From Nitrososphaerota archaeon (lineage in GTDB: Archaea; Thermoproteota; Nitrososphaeria; Nitrososphaerales; Nitrosopumilaceae), in the NCBI GenBank assembly GCA_028867755.1, contig JAGWFT010000001.1:1156727-1220726 (forward strand): 64,000 nt of DNA, read 5' to 3'. Shown one piece after another: positions 1-9,616 of the stretch (its first letter is position 1; each line of letters opens with the position of its first letter). Both the position numbers and the translations under genes were made by a program. The notes beneath the pieces were generated by a model. It was not told the origin of the DNA. It worked only from the letters and a program-made list of their open reading frames with translations, and made no database searches.

Positions 1-220
1 AATAAGCTACGTCCATCAAGTCTACTGATGATTTTGAATTTTCTGCACCTACATCTATTGGAGTCTTGTCTGTGTAAAGTTCTTGCCCCCAGACATTTAT
101 TCCAACATCAAGTGGAAGACAACTAAGAAATGATCTAACTGTCTTTGGTGCGATCTTGTCATCCAATTCTAGAATAATACTATTGATCTTTGGGAGATCG
201 ACCCTCACTTTATGCATCAT
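1..220 (-). CDS. Cyclophilin-like fold protein (DUF369/TM1367-like), 3' end runs off the window
   Basis: Manual translation from ATG at 220: MMHKVRVDLPKINSIILELDDKIAPKTVRSFLSCLPLDVGINVWGQELYT..; the APKT..F...LP and WGxELY motifs fit the family. Not in the ORF track. Confidence 0.7.
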   Translation of the reverse strand, partial: MMHKVRVDLPKINSIILELDDKIAPKTVRSFLSCLPLDVGINVWGQELYTDKTPIDVGAENSKSSVDLMDVAY

Positions 221-273
221 AATAAAAGCCTGTATGATTTAGAATAAATATCCCTTTTTCACCCATCAAAAAC

Positions 274-531
274 ATGGAAATTCACGTATACGACACATAT
301 GTAGAAGCAAAGGACGGCCATACGATGCATTTTGATGTCATCACAAGTGTAAAGGATCATCAAAAGGCAATCCAGTATGCAAGAGAATGGTTAAAGACAA
401 TAAACGAGGCAGATGCAAAAGTTACAACCGAAGAGTGTCAATTCTGCCACTCACAAGGTGCACCTCAGCCAATTGCCAATGAGATCCAGCAGAAAGGATA
501 CTTTATCCAGAAGATGGAAGGCTGTCCATAA
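274..531 (+). CDS. DUF2024 family protein
   Basis: HVYDTYV..MHFDV and C-x-F-C-H-S motifs. Confidence 0.75.
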   Translation: MEIHVYDTYVEAKDGHTMHFDVITSVKDHQKAIQYAREWLKTINEADAKVTTEECQFCHSQGAPQPIANEIQQKGYFIQKMEGCP

Positions 532-563
532 ACTATCTTTTTCAATTTTTAAACTCATTATTT

Positions 564-791
564 TTGAAAACTCTTTTTAGATCGCTCTATCCTCTCGATA
601 GTGTGGCAAAGAATAGCAAATACAACAAACTGACTGTAGAAGGCGACATTCAAACCAAGTGGATATGTGGGTGTTTTGAGACTGTTGATGGGTTCTTCAA
701 GTTTTGCACAGAACACACTAATGCAATGAAAAAAACAATAGAGGCTCAAATAGATGAGCTTGACATGACATTGATTGTGAATGACAAATAG
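564..791 (+). CDS. Small hypothetical protein with CxC...CxxH putative metal site
   Basis: WICGCF...FKFCTEH; start codon uncertain. Confidence 0.5.
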   Translation: MKTLFRSLYPLDSVAKNSKYNKLTVEGDIQTKWICGCFETVDGFFKFCTEHTNAMKKTIEAQIDELDMTLIVNDK

Positions 792-802
792 ACTGTGTTA
801 TC

Positions 803-2836
803 CTACAGAACAAAAATAGCAACAAATGCAGATACGAAAACTATTGCTACTGTGTTTAACAATTTAATGACAGTGTTTAGCGCAGGTCCTGCGGTGTCCT
901 TGTAAGGATCTCCTATTATATCTCCAACAATTGCTATCTTATGTTCTTCAGTTCCCTTTTGCTTGTTAATTTCCATGTATTTTTTGGCATTGTCCCACGC
1001 ACCACCAGTATTTGCCAGATGGAAGGCCAAGAAAATTCCTGTAATTACTGCACCCATTAAAAGTCCAACTACTGCAGATGGGCCCAGAATTATACCAAGT
1101 ACTATCGGTGCTGCAATTGTTATTGTTGCAGATTTCCAAAGCTCACGCAATGAAGCTACTGTTGCGACATCAACACATTTTGCATAGTCAGGTTTTGTCT
1201 CGTGGGTCAAAATTCCAGGAGATTCTTTGAATTGTCGTCTTACTTCTTCTACCATTTTAGAAGCTGCTCTTGCTACTGCAGAAATAAGCTGGCTTGTGAT
1301 AAAGAACGGCAACAGACCTCCTACAAGTAATCCAATAACTACTGCGGGATTTGAAAGACTATAATCAAAAACGTGATGAAATACTTTTCCTGCTTCATAT
1401 TGAAATGCTTGAATCATAGCTAGCGCAGCTAGACCTGCACTTGCAATTGCAAAACCTTTAGTCACAGCCTTTGTAGTATTTCCTACTGCATCAATTTCAT
1501 CTGTAACTTTACGATTTTCTTCGCCCATACCTGTCATCTCTACAATTCCACCTGCATTGTCACTGATAGGACCAAATGCATCTATACTCAACACGATTCC
1601 TGCAAGGCTTAGCATTGCCATAGCTGTAAGCGATGTGCCAAATATTCCGTAAAGTGTGGCTTGTGTAGGATCTGGTGCTGCAGACGATGCCAATACATAC
1701 GATGTAGCCAGAGCTATAACAATGGCAATCATGAATGGACCTGTTGAGCGCATTCCTTGTATGATTCCCATCAGTGTAAGTGATGCATACCCCCATTTTG
1801 CAGAGGCCGCAATTTCTTGGACTGGCTTGAATCTATAGCTTGTAAAATAATCTGTAATTCGCTGTATTACTGGTACCAGAATAACGCCTATCACAGTACT
1901 GCCAAATAACGCATATGCAATCTGGGTATGACCTAGAAAGAAATATGTGAAAACAAAATTAAGTGCAATTGCTATTGCAGCAGAAACATAAAATGCATTG
2001 GCAAGTGGCTTGTTTACGTCTGTCATCTTTCTTGGAGTTATGGTTGCAATGCCGATGATAGATGCAAATAATCCTGAAGCACCAACTAGCATAGGATAAA
2101 ACAAGTTCTGAGGAGTTCCAATCAGCCCAGCAATCAGTAACGATGCAAGCATTGTTACAATATATGATTCATAAATATCAGACCCCATACCAGCCGCGTC
2201 ACCTACATTATCTCCCACGTTATCAGCAATCGTTGCGGGGTTTCGCGGATCATCTTCTGGGATATTTGCTTCTACTTTTCCTACCAAGTCTGCACCCATG
2301 TCTGCAGCCTTTGTGAAGATTCCACCACCAACTCTGATAAACAATGCAATCAAGCTAGCACCTATACCAACTCCAGCAATTGTAATAGGACTTGGAAATG
2401 CAAAATAGAGTAAACTCATGCCCAAAAGAGCCATAGCAGGCACGGCAAGACCTACTGTTGCCCCACCCCTAAATGCAAGAGCAAAGGTATGTCCAAGGCC
2501 TTTCCCAGATGCATTTGCAGCTCTAACTGCTGCCTTTACTGTAATTTTGAGTGCGATTAATCCAGCAATAGCAGAAAGCCCAGCACCTACAGCAAAAGCA
2601 ATGCCGTTGGTAGATCCAATTGCAGCACCAATCAAGACTGCAAGACCTATGGCTATAGGAATAACAATTCTAAATTCTCTTCTTAAAAACGCCATTGCGC
2701 CTACCCCTACCGCATTTGAAATATCCAGCATCTGTTGAGTTCCAGGTTTTTGTTTAGATACCCATGTTGCAAGTACTGCTGCAATGATAAAAGATACGAT
2801 TGACGCACCGACAGGAATCATTTCTTTTAGCGTCAT
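803..2836 (-). CDS. hppA: Membrane-bound H+-translocating pyrophosphatase, K+-independent type
   Basis: GGGIFTKAADMGADLVGKVE, DNVGDNVGD, GNTTKA and GGAWDNAKK motifs; many TM segments. Confidence 0.97.
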   Translation of the reverse strand: MTLKEMIPVGASIVSFIIAAVLATWVSKQKPGTQQMLDISNAVGVGAMAFLRREFRIVIPIAIGLAVLIGAAIGSTNGIAFAVGAGLSAIAGLIALKITVKAAVRAANASGKGLGHTFALAFRGGATVGLAVPAMALLGMSLLYFAFPSPITIAGVGIGASLIALFIRVGGGIFTKAADMGADLVGKVEANIPEDDPRNPATIADNVGDNVGDAAGMGSDIYESYIVTMLASLLIAGLIGTPQNLFYPMLVGASGLFASIIGIATITPRKMTDVNKPLANAFYVSAAIAIALNFVFTYFFLGHTQIAYALFGSTVIGVILVPVIQRITDYFTSYRFKPVQEIAASAKWGYASLTLMGIIQGMRSTGPFMIAIVIALATSYVLASSAAPDPTQATLYGIFGTSLTAMAMLSLAGIVLSIDAFGPISDNAGGIVEMTGMGEENRKVTDEIDAVGNTTKAVTKGFAIASAGLAALAMIQAFQYEAGKVFHHVFDYSLSNPAVVIGLLVGGLLPFFITSQLISAVARAASKMVEEVRRQFKESPGILTHETKPDYAKCVDVATVASLRELWKSATITIAAPIVLGIILGPSAVVGLLMGAVITGIFLAFHLANTGGAWDNAKKYMEINKQKGTEEHKIAIVGDIIGDPYKDTAGPALNTVIKLLNTVAIVFVSAFVAIFVL

Positions 2837-2860
2837 CTGAAAGTAAAGCCCGGATGGGTT

Positions 2861-2872
2861 ATTTATATAAAT
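2861..2872 (-). promoter_or_regulatory. TATA-box-like element of hppA, probably a leaderless transcript
   Basis: Palindromic ATTTATATAAAT 25-36 nt upstream of the hppA ATG. Confidence 0.45.
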
Positions 2873-2935
2873 TTATTCTACTTTCTTCGTAGAATGTTAT
2901 AATGACACGGTTTAAAATTACTTTAAAAAGAATTT

Positions 2936-3340
2936 TTACACTCTTTTTTGGTATGGTTTAAAATTTTTTCCTGCCAAGCCTTGCCTTACAAGCTTGTTGA
3001 AGCGCTTTCCATGGCTTAGATAGGGAAATCGAAAATGAATGAGCTCGTGCACTATGGTATTTTCAAGTGTCTTGTCATCAGGTATCTTCTTAATATTGAC
3101 AAATACAAGATTGTGCTGCAAATATGACACCCCCAAGTATTTGTAAGCCGAAGTCCTCCTGCCCTGGGTAACTTCCTTTGGCATGTCAAGAACTTCTCTA
3201 GTTGTTAGTAACACTTGGGGTTCTGAAATTCCAAACCTGTTTGAATAGATCCCAACCTTTTCCAATATCTTAACTTTCAAGTCTAAATCATGTTTCATTG
3301 CTTCAGAATCTTTCGGAAATAGTTTAATTGGAATTGTCAA
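2936..3340 (-). CDS. SprT-like/YgjP (DUF45) zinc metallopeptidase domain protein
   Basis: TIVHELIH (HExxH) followed by LSHGKRF. Confidence 0.7.
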   Translation of the reverse strand: MTIPIKLFPKDSEAMKHDLDLKVKILEKVGIYSNRFGISEPQVLLTTREVLDMPKEVTQGRRTSAYKYLGVSYLQHNLVFVNIKKIPDDKTLENTIVHELIHFRFPYLSHGKRFNKLVRQGLAGKNFKPYQKRV

Positions 3341-3457
3341 ATATCGTACAAGAGTTTGTGTATTTTTCCAAGTTTACCAAAAAAGTGGTTAATTTAGGGT
3401 CAGAAATCGTGTAGTTTTAATCACTAGTCATACAGCCACCGGATCATCATACCCCAA

Positions 3458-3952
3458 TTAACTCATAGAATCCATAATCTTTATCGCCGTATTTCTTATC
3501 TGTTCGGTTACCTTCATTACAACTAGGCCTTCATTTGGCTGTCCATACATAATGACAGCATTTTCTGGAGCATACAAGGCAGCAGGCAGGACTAGCAGAT
3601 CTTCTTCGCCCTTTACAATTATTCTAACTGGAGCATCTGCGTGAAAGGCCTTTTTTATGGTCTCTATACTTTCGTTAGTAATCTCTGCTGCAGGGTTTAC
3701 ACACTCGAGAGTTGTTCTTATTTTTCCTAGAGGTAAATTTCTTTCGTGTCTTTTTTCTAAAGAATCTACAATTTGTAAGGATGGGGCTAGTCCAAATTTT
3801 ATCATCTTTTCAGTTGTTGCATCCCCAACTGTTATTAAGAAAGCATCGTTTGGCATGGTTCGTAAAATATTCTCTTTTGTTACTTCTGAATCTCTAATCA
3901 ATAATCCCATAGGTTTTTTGAGACTATCACGTAAACTGTCTGGCAAACGCAC
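3458..3952 (-). CDS. GTP-dependent dephospho-CoA kinase family (DUF359)
   Basis: LKKPMG, ITVGDATT, NPAAEI, GEEDLL and YGQPNEG motifs. Confidence 0.85.
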   Translation of the reverse strand: MRLPDSLRDSLKKPMGLLIRDSEVTKENILRTMPNDAFLITVGDATTEKMIKFGLAPSLQIVDSLEKRHERNLPLGKIRTTLECVNPAAEITNESIETIKKAFHADAPVRIIVKGEEDLLVLPAALYAPENAVIMYGQPNEGLVVMKVTEQIRNTAIKIMDSMS

Positions 3953-3978
3953 AAGATAATCTTTGTTTTATTCTATTT

Positions 3979-5061
3979 TTATGTAGCTACTTCTGCCTTC
4001 ATTTCTTCGCTAAGCTGGCTTGCAATCACGCTGCATCTTGCGGCTACATTTTTTGCCACAGTCATAAATGCTTGGGCATTAGGAGAGTTAGGATCGGTAA
4101 CAAGCACTGGCGTACCACTGTCAGAGCCTGCCATTATTCCAGGATTTAGTGGAATCCCGCCCAAGAACGGTAGATTATGTTTTTCACCCATTCTTCTTGC
4201 ACCGTCTTTACCAAAAATATAATGATCAGTATTGCAATTATTACATTTGAAGTAGCTCATGTTTTCTATCACACCGATAATTGGCACGTTGAGTTTTTGG
4301 AACATGCCAAAGGCCTTTACCGCCACATTGCTTGCAACCTCTTGTGGAGTCGTTACAACTACAATACCAGTAATAGGAATGGTTTGAGCCAGTGTCAGTG
4401 GAATATCTCCTGTTCCTGGAGGAAGATCTACGATTAGATAATCAAGATCAGTCCAGTTAGTATCTACCAAAAATTGTTTTAAAATTCCGGAAATTATGGG
4501 ACCACGATATATTGCAGCCTGATGTTCTTGATCAGCAAAGAATCCAAATGATACCACTTTTAATCCGTGCGAGTCTGCTGGTTGTAATTTATTATTTTCA
4601 ACTTCCATAGCAGCCTTTCCCATTCCTAGCATAAGTGGGACGCTTGGGCCGTAAATATCTGCATCAAGAATTCCAACTTTAGCCCCAGTTTTTACAAGAG
4701 CAAGTGCAAGATTTACAGAAACTGTTGTCTTGCCCACACCGCCCTTTCCGCTTGCAATGCCAATGATGTTTTTAACAGTTGGAAGCATCTCATCCATGCT
4801 AAGCGCACGTCCTTCCATTACCTTGGCAGTAACTTTGATGTCTGTTTTTGAGATGCCTGAAATTGTAGATATTGCCTTGCGCACATCCTGTTCTATCTCA
4901 TCATTGAAAGGGCATGCAGGTGTGGTTAGTTCCAAAGTAAACTTGATGTCACTACCATTAATCTCTAGATCCTTTATCATTCCCATTGAGACAATGTCTT
5001 TTTTGAGATCTGGATCAATTACTGTACTGAGTTTCTGCAAAACCTCGTCAACTGAGACCAT
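3979..5061 (-). CDS. mrp: Mrp/ApbC/Nbp35 Fe-S cluster carrier ATPase with N-terminal MIP18/DUF59 domain
   Basis: SGKGGVGKT, DADIYGPS, DLPPGTGD, ENMSYFxCxxC motifs; N-terminal DPDL..LTTPACP. Confidence 0.93.
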   Translation of the reverse strand: MVSVDEVLQKLSTVIDPDLKKDIVSMGMIKDLEINGSDIKFTLELTTPACPFNDEIEQDVRKAISTISGISKTDIKVTAKVMEGRALSMDEMLPTVKNIIGIASGKGGVGKTTVSVNLALALVKTGAKVGILDADIYGPSVPLMLGMGKAAMEVENNKLQPADSHGLKVVSFGFFADQEHQAAIYRGPIISGILKQFLVDTNWTDLDYLIVDLPPGTGDIPLTLAQTIPITGIVVVTTPQEVASNVAVKAFGMFQKLNVPIIGVIENMSYFKCNNCNTDHYIFGKDGARRMGEKHNLPFLGGIPLNPGIMAGSDSGTPVLVTDPNSPNAQAFMTVAKNVAARCSVIASQLSEEMKAEVAT

Positions 5062-5159
5062 ACAATTAAAAAATTCCTAGTACGATATTTAAACATAGGC
5101 AAAAATAGCATACAAGATATCCAAAGATTCATAAATTCAAATTCTGCCAGTTTTTTTGG

Positions 5160-5759
5160 ATGTTTTCTATATCAACCCTTACTGATGTAGTTAGAATTCC
5201 TCCGAAATTATTTGGCGAGTCACTGAAAAAGGCAGCCATTACAATTTTGAGAGAAAAATATGAGAGCATGATAAATCCTGAATTAGGTTATGTCATAATG
5301 ATCATGGATACCAAAGTCGAAAAAATGGGAAAAATTATTGCAGGAGATGGCGGTACTTATCACAGAGTAGAATTCACTGCACTCACATTCCATCCAAAAC
5401 TTCAAGAGATTGTAAGAGGTGAGATTGTTGAGATTACAGACTTTGGAGCATTTGTAAGAATTGGTGCAACAGATGCATTACTACACTTGTCACAAATAAT
5501 GGATGATTATCTAAAAAGCGATGTAAAATCAGGTATGATTTTGGCTAACCAGAGTGGAAGAACGATGAAGATAGGTACAACTCTTCGAGCAAGAATCACT
5601 GCAGTGTCATTAGGCAAGACTGCTGCAATGAAAGTAGGTATAACTTGCAGACAACCATTCCTTGGCGCAGACGAATGGATTGAAGAAGAGATAAAGAAAG
5701 CAAAAGCCCCTCCAGCACCACAAGCTGAGAAAGTTAAGAAGACCGTAGAAGCCAAGTGA
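5160..5759 (+). CDS. rpoE1: DNA-directed RNA polymerase subunit E' (Rpo7)
   Basis: VRIPP, GDGGTYH and S1 domain FGAFVRIG..DALLH. Confidence 0.95.
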   Translation: MFSISTLTDVVRIPPKLFGESLKKAAITILREKYESMINPELGYVIMIMDTKVEKMGKIIAGDGGTYHRVEFTALTFHPKLQEIVRGEIVEITDFGAFVRIGATDALLHLSQIMDDYLKSDVKSGMILANQSGRTMKIGTTLRARITAVSLGKTAAMKVGITCRQPFLGADEWIEEEIKKAKAPPAPQAEKVKKTVEAK

Positions 5760-5765
5760 TAAAAA

Positions 5766-5954
5766 ATGGTCAGAGAGATGGCATGCCGCAAGTGCAAATG
5801 TGTAACCATTGGAAAAGTATGTGCAGTTTGTAAATCAACAGACTTGACACCAGACTGGAGTGGAGCTGTTCTCATAGTAGATCCGATAAATTCGGTCATT
5901 GCAAAATCTTTAGGAATAACTGAAAAAGGAAAATACGCTCTCAAGGTAACTTAG
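5766..5954 (+). CDS. spt4: Transcription elongation factor Spt4 (RpoE'')
   Basis: ACRKC..CAVC zinc ribbon, WSG, GKYALKV; directly follows rpoE1. Confidence 0.92.
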   Translation: MVREMACRKCKCVTIGKVCAVCKSTDLTPDWSGAVLIVDPINSVIAKSLGITEKGKYALKVT

Positions 5955-5955
5955 A

Positions 5956-6783
5956 TTGCACAGTCGTGCAAAAAAGGCACTAGAAACATTTCTCAAAGAA
6001 GACATTGGCAAAGGCGACATTACAAGTAAGCTTCTTCCTCGAAAAGAAATTTCTGCAACCATAATTTCTCGCCAAAAAGGCATAGTTGCAGGGACAAAGC
6101 ATGCCAAAGAAATCTTTACTTTGAGAAATTGTAAGGTCAGAATTTTGAAAAATGATGGCGCAAAGATAGGACCTAACGATAAAATAATGACAATCTCTGG
6201 CTCGGCATATTCAGTCTTGTCATGTGAAAGGACTGCACTTAACTTGCTATCAAGGATGAGCGGAATAGCAACCCAGACAAACATGTTGGTAAGGATCATC
6301 AAAAGTGTAAATCCAAAAGTAGAACTCTACTCCACAAGAAAGACTGCACCCGGTTTGCGCATTTTTGACAAAGAAGCTGTTGAGATAGGAGGCGGTAAAA
6401 AACATCGTGTCTCACTTGATCAGATGGTCATGATAAAAGATAATCACCTAATGGTTGCAAAATCATTACAAGACTTGGTTCGTGCTGCAAAAAAACGATA
6501 TAATAGATTTGAGGTGGAAGTTGAAAACCTTGATGATGCAGTAATGGCTGCAAGAGAAGGAGCAACAATCATAATGCTTGACAATATGCCACCCAAAAAA
6601 ATCTCACATATTATTCAAGTCTTAAAATATCTTAGTCTTAGAAAGGGGATAAGAATTGAAGCATCTGGAGGAATAGATACATCAAATGTAAAGTCATACG
6701 CTAGAACTGGAGTAGACATGATCTCTATTGGGAGGTTAACTAGTTCTGCACCTGGATTAGACTTGAGTCTAGAAGTTAACTAA
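5956..6783 (+). CDS. nadC: Quinolinate phosphoribosyltransferase
   Basis: EDIGKGDITS, STRKTAPG, MIKDNH, LDNM, EASGGI. Confidence 0.95.
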   Translation: MHSRAKKALETFLKEDIGKGDITSKLLPRKEISATIISRQKGIVAGTKHAKEIFTLRNCKVRILKNDGAKIGPNDKIMTISGSAYSVLSCERTALNLLSRMSGIATQTNMLVRIIKSVNPKVELYSTRKTAPGLRIFDKEAVEIGGGKKHRVSLDQMVMIKDNHLMVAKSLQDLVRAAKKRYNRFEVEVENLDDAVMAAREGATIIMLDNMPPKKISHIIQVLKYLSLRKGIRIEASGGIDTSNVKSYARTGVDMISIGRLTSSAPGLDLSLEVN

Positions 6784-7714
6784 TTGCTAACATACGCTCA
6801 ATAGCCAGCTGTGCTCTTTGCGCAATGTTTTTTGGAACCTTGACTTCGTATTTTTCTTCCTTTAGTGACGAATGGACCTTGTCAAGTGTTATCATCTTCA
6901 TGTATTTGCAAACAGCAGAGTCGGACATTGGTATGAATTCTTTTTCTGGGTTTTGTTTTCTCATTCTGTATAGTATTCCTGTTTCTGTAGCTACAACGAA
7001 TGTCTTTCCGCTAGAATTCTTTGCATGATTCATCATTCCTTCTGTTGACAAGATCTGGACTTGTCTATTTCCATAGTCTCCACATGCAACATCATACATG
7101 ATAGATGATGTGCAGCTACATTCTGGATGAACCAAAAACTCAGCATTGGCATACTGGGCTAGTTTTTCTTGCACTTCTTGTGGTCGTATGCCTGCATGGA
7201 CATGACATTCCCCTGCCCAGATGTACATATTTTTCCTATCTGTCATTTTAGCAACATATGATCCAAGGAACATATCAGGTAAGAAGAGAATCTCTTTATT
7301 GGTTGGGATTGATTTCACTACGTTAACGGCATTTGACGAAGTGCAGCAATAATCAAGCTCAGCTTTTACCTCAGCAGATGTATTCACATATCCCACCGTT
7401 ACTGCTCCTGGATGTTCACTTTTCCACTTGCGTACCTGATCAGCATTGATAGTATCTGCAAGAGAACATCCCGCAGATAGGTCTGGAATAAGCACTTTCT
7501 TGTCAGGACACGTTATTGCTGCAGTTTCTGCCATGAAATGCACCCCGCAAAATAGAATTGTCTTATGATCAGTTTTTGCAGCTTGACGAGAAAGACCTAA
7601 CGAGTCACCTACATAATCTGCAATATCTTGCACTTCTGGCAGTTGATAATTATGAGCCAGAATTAGTACGTCCTTTTGTTCCTTTAGTTTAAGAATTTCT
7701 GATTTTAAGTCCAT
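6776..7714 (-). CDS. nadA: Quinolinate synthase
   Basis: LAHNYQ, FCGVHFMAET, AGCSLA, YVNTS, HPEC, CKYMK. Confidence 0.95.
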   Translation of the reverse strand: MDLKSEILKLKEQKDVLILAHNYQLPEVQDIADYVGDSLGLSRQAAKTDHKTILFCGVHFMAETAAITCPDKKVLIPDLSAGCSLADTINADQVRKWKSEHPGAVTVGYVNTSAEVKAELDYCCTSSNAVNVVKSIPTNKEILFLPDMFLGSYVAKMTDRKNMYIWAGECHVHAGIRPQEVQEKLAQYANAEFLVHPECSCTSSIMYDVACGDYGNRQVQILSTEGMMNHAKNSSGKTFVVATETGILYRMRKQNPEKEFIPMSDSAVCKYMKMITLDKVHSSLKEEKYEVKVPKNIAQRAQLAIERMLAIS

Positions 7715-7808
7715 TGTCCAGAATAGAGCTGGCTGTTCTTTCCATTTAAAGGGTCATGATGTTGACAAATTTTTGGTCGATAGAATACATTGTGGCAATA
7801 TTTGCCAT

Positions 7809-8627
7809 TCACGTACCTATGTGAATCTCTCCACCGCATATCTTCTTCAAACACTCTATTGCAGAAAGAATTGCAAGTCTGCTTGTTTTTGGGTTGCTCT
7901 CACTTGGGACATTTTCAATTTTTATGGAAAATTTTCCAAACTTTCCACTTGCTTGTATCTCATGAGTATTTTTATCAGTTTTAGGATCTGCAATTATTCG
8001 TACCATGGTTTTTGTACTTCCAATTCCAGCCAAACTGATAAGTGCTGCAACATTGATGTTTGCTGGAAATAATCTTACTGCATCTTGTGCAGTTCCTTCA
8101 TATATTACAGTAGATTTTTTTATTTCGTCTGGATTTATTTTTGAGGTCTCGAAAAATTTTGCACCTTTTAGTGCTTTTGGATTCTTGGTTGTAACTAAAA
8201 CTATAGAATCCAACTCATCTTTTACCGCCCTAATGCTATCAAGCCCAGCAATAGCTCCAGATGGAAGAAATATGCGTTTGTTAAAATCCTTGCAGCCTTC
8301 TAGAACTATCTCAAATATGGATTCATCTAACAGCGCACCAACACTCATTATCATTAGATCTTTTCTGTTTTGGAGAATAGATAGCGCATTGTCTCGTACT
8401 GCATCCTGAGAAGCAGCCTCTACTATCAGATCTACTGGAGACGCTGCTAATAGGCCAGCATTATCTGTTATTACAGGTTTATTTTTTAGTTTTGAAACTA
8501 ACTTTTGTGATGAATCTTTTGAAAAATCAAACACATGTGTAAGTTTAGCAGGAATTTTACCAGAATCTATAGCAATAGCTATTTCTGTCCCTATGGCACC
8601 ACAACCCAAAAGTCCTATCCTTTTCAA
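7809..8627 (-). CDS. nadX: L-aspartate dehydrogenase (NAD biosynthesis)
   Basis: IGLLGCGAIG, VEAAS, SGAIAGLD, FPANINVA, NPKTS. Start moved to TTG 8627; the track start at 8705 adds a non-homologous extension. Confidence 0.92.
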   Translation of the reverse strand: MKRIGLLGCGAIGTEIAIAIDSGKIPAKLTHVFDFSKDSSQKLVSKLKNKPVITDNAGLLAASPVDLIVEAASQDAVRDNALSILQNRKDLMIMSVGALLDESIFEIVLEGCKDFNKRIFLPSGAIAGLDSIRAVKDELDSIVLVTTKNPKALKGAKFFETSKINPDEIKKSTVIYEGTAQDAVRLFPANINVAALISLAGIGSTKTMVRIIADPKTDKNTHEIQASGKFGKFSIKIENVPSESNPKTSRLAILSAIECLKKICGGEIHIGT

Positions 8628-8740
8628 ACCAATACTTTTGGTAAACCACCTTGTTAAATCTGTTATCGGTTTTTCGTACACATAACACAAAATTGAATTA
8701 TACAATTTGCCAAGTTAATGGTGGAGTTTAAATCAAAGAA

Positions 8741-9616
8741 TTGGAGACACATGAATCTACACTTATAGAAAAATTTCTTTTCAGAATAGCAAAGCAATGG
8801 ATTGCTGGAGATACCATGAATGAAGCACTCCAGTCTGCAAAGACTGCAAACAAGAATGGGATGAGTGCCATAATCAATAGGCTTGGGGAACACATGGTGT
8901 CAAAAGAGCAGATCTGCAATGTTGTGTCAGAATATCTCACACTAGTCTCAAACTTGCGTAAATTCAAGGTAGATGGAGGCATATCAGTCAAGCCAACCCA
9001 AGTTGGAATGACTAGAAATGTTGAAGAGTGTACAGCCAATCTTGAAAAAATAATAGAAAAGGCCTCAATCTCGCAATCCTTTGTTTGGATAGATATGGAG
9101 TCTTCAGAGTATACTGATGATACCCTGAGGATCTACTTGAAACTATTTGAGAAATACGAGAGGTTTGGAATTGCAATACAGGCAAACCTCAAGCGAACTG
9201 AACAAGACTTGAAAAGGTTATTGGAACATGGTGCAAAAATTCGACTGGTAAAAGGCGCATATAGAGAAAATGGCAGAGTGGCGTACAAAACAAGACATGA
9301 AGTGGATGAGAACTACAAGAGGCTTACAAGAATGCTTTTTTTAGATGGTAACGAGTTTGCAATAGCAACTCATGATTCAAAGATGATCGAGATTGCCATA
9401 GATCTATCAAAGAAACATGAGAGAAAATTTGAGTTTCAGATGCTAAAGGGAATACGAGATGAGTTAAAGCCAATCTTGATCAAAAATGGCTTTTCCATAT
9501 CTGAATACATTCCATATGGAACCAACTGGCTACCCTATTCAATAAGACGACTAAAGGAAAGAAAATGTAACATACTGCTTCTTGGTAGTTCTTTTCTTCA
9601 CTCGCATCGTGTTTGA
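8741..9616 (+). CDS. putB: Monofunctional proline dehydrogenase
   Basis: ISVKPTQ, WIDMES, IQANL, RLVKGAY, IATHD, FQMLKGI, YIPYG..W..Y..RRL. Confidence 0.9.
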   Translation: METHESTLIEKFLFRIAKQWIAGDTMNEALQSAKTANKNGMSAIINRLGEHMVSKEQICNVVSEYLTLVSNLRKFKVDGGISVKPTQVGMTRNVEECTANLEKIIEKASISQSFVWIDMESSEYTDDTLRIYLKLFEKYERFGIAIQANLKRTEQDLKRLLEHGAKIRLVKGAYRENGRVAYKTRHEVDENYKRLTRMLFLDGNEFAIATHDSKMIEIAIDLSKKHERKFEFQMLKGIRDELKPILIKNGFSISEYIPYGTNWLPYSIRRLKERKCNILLLGSSFLHSHRV

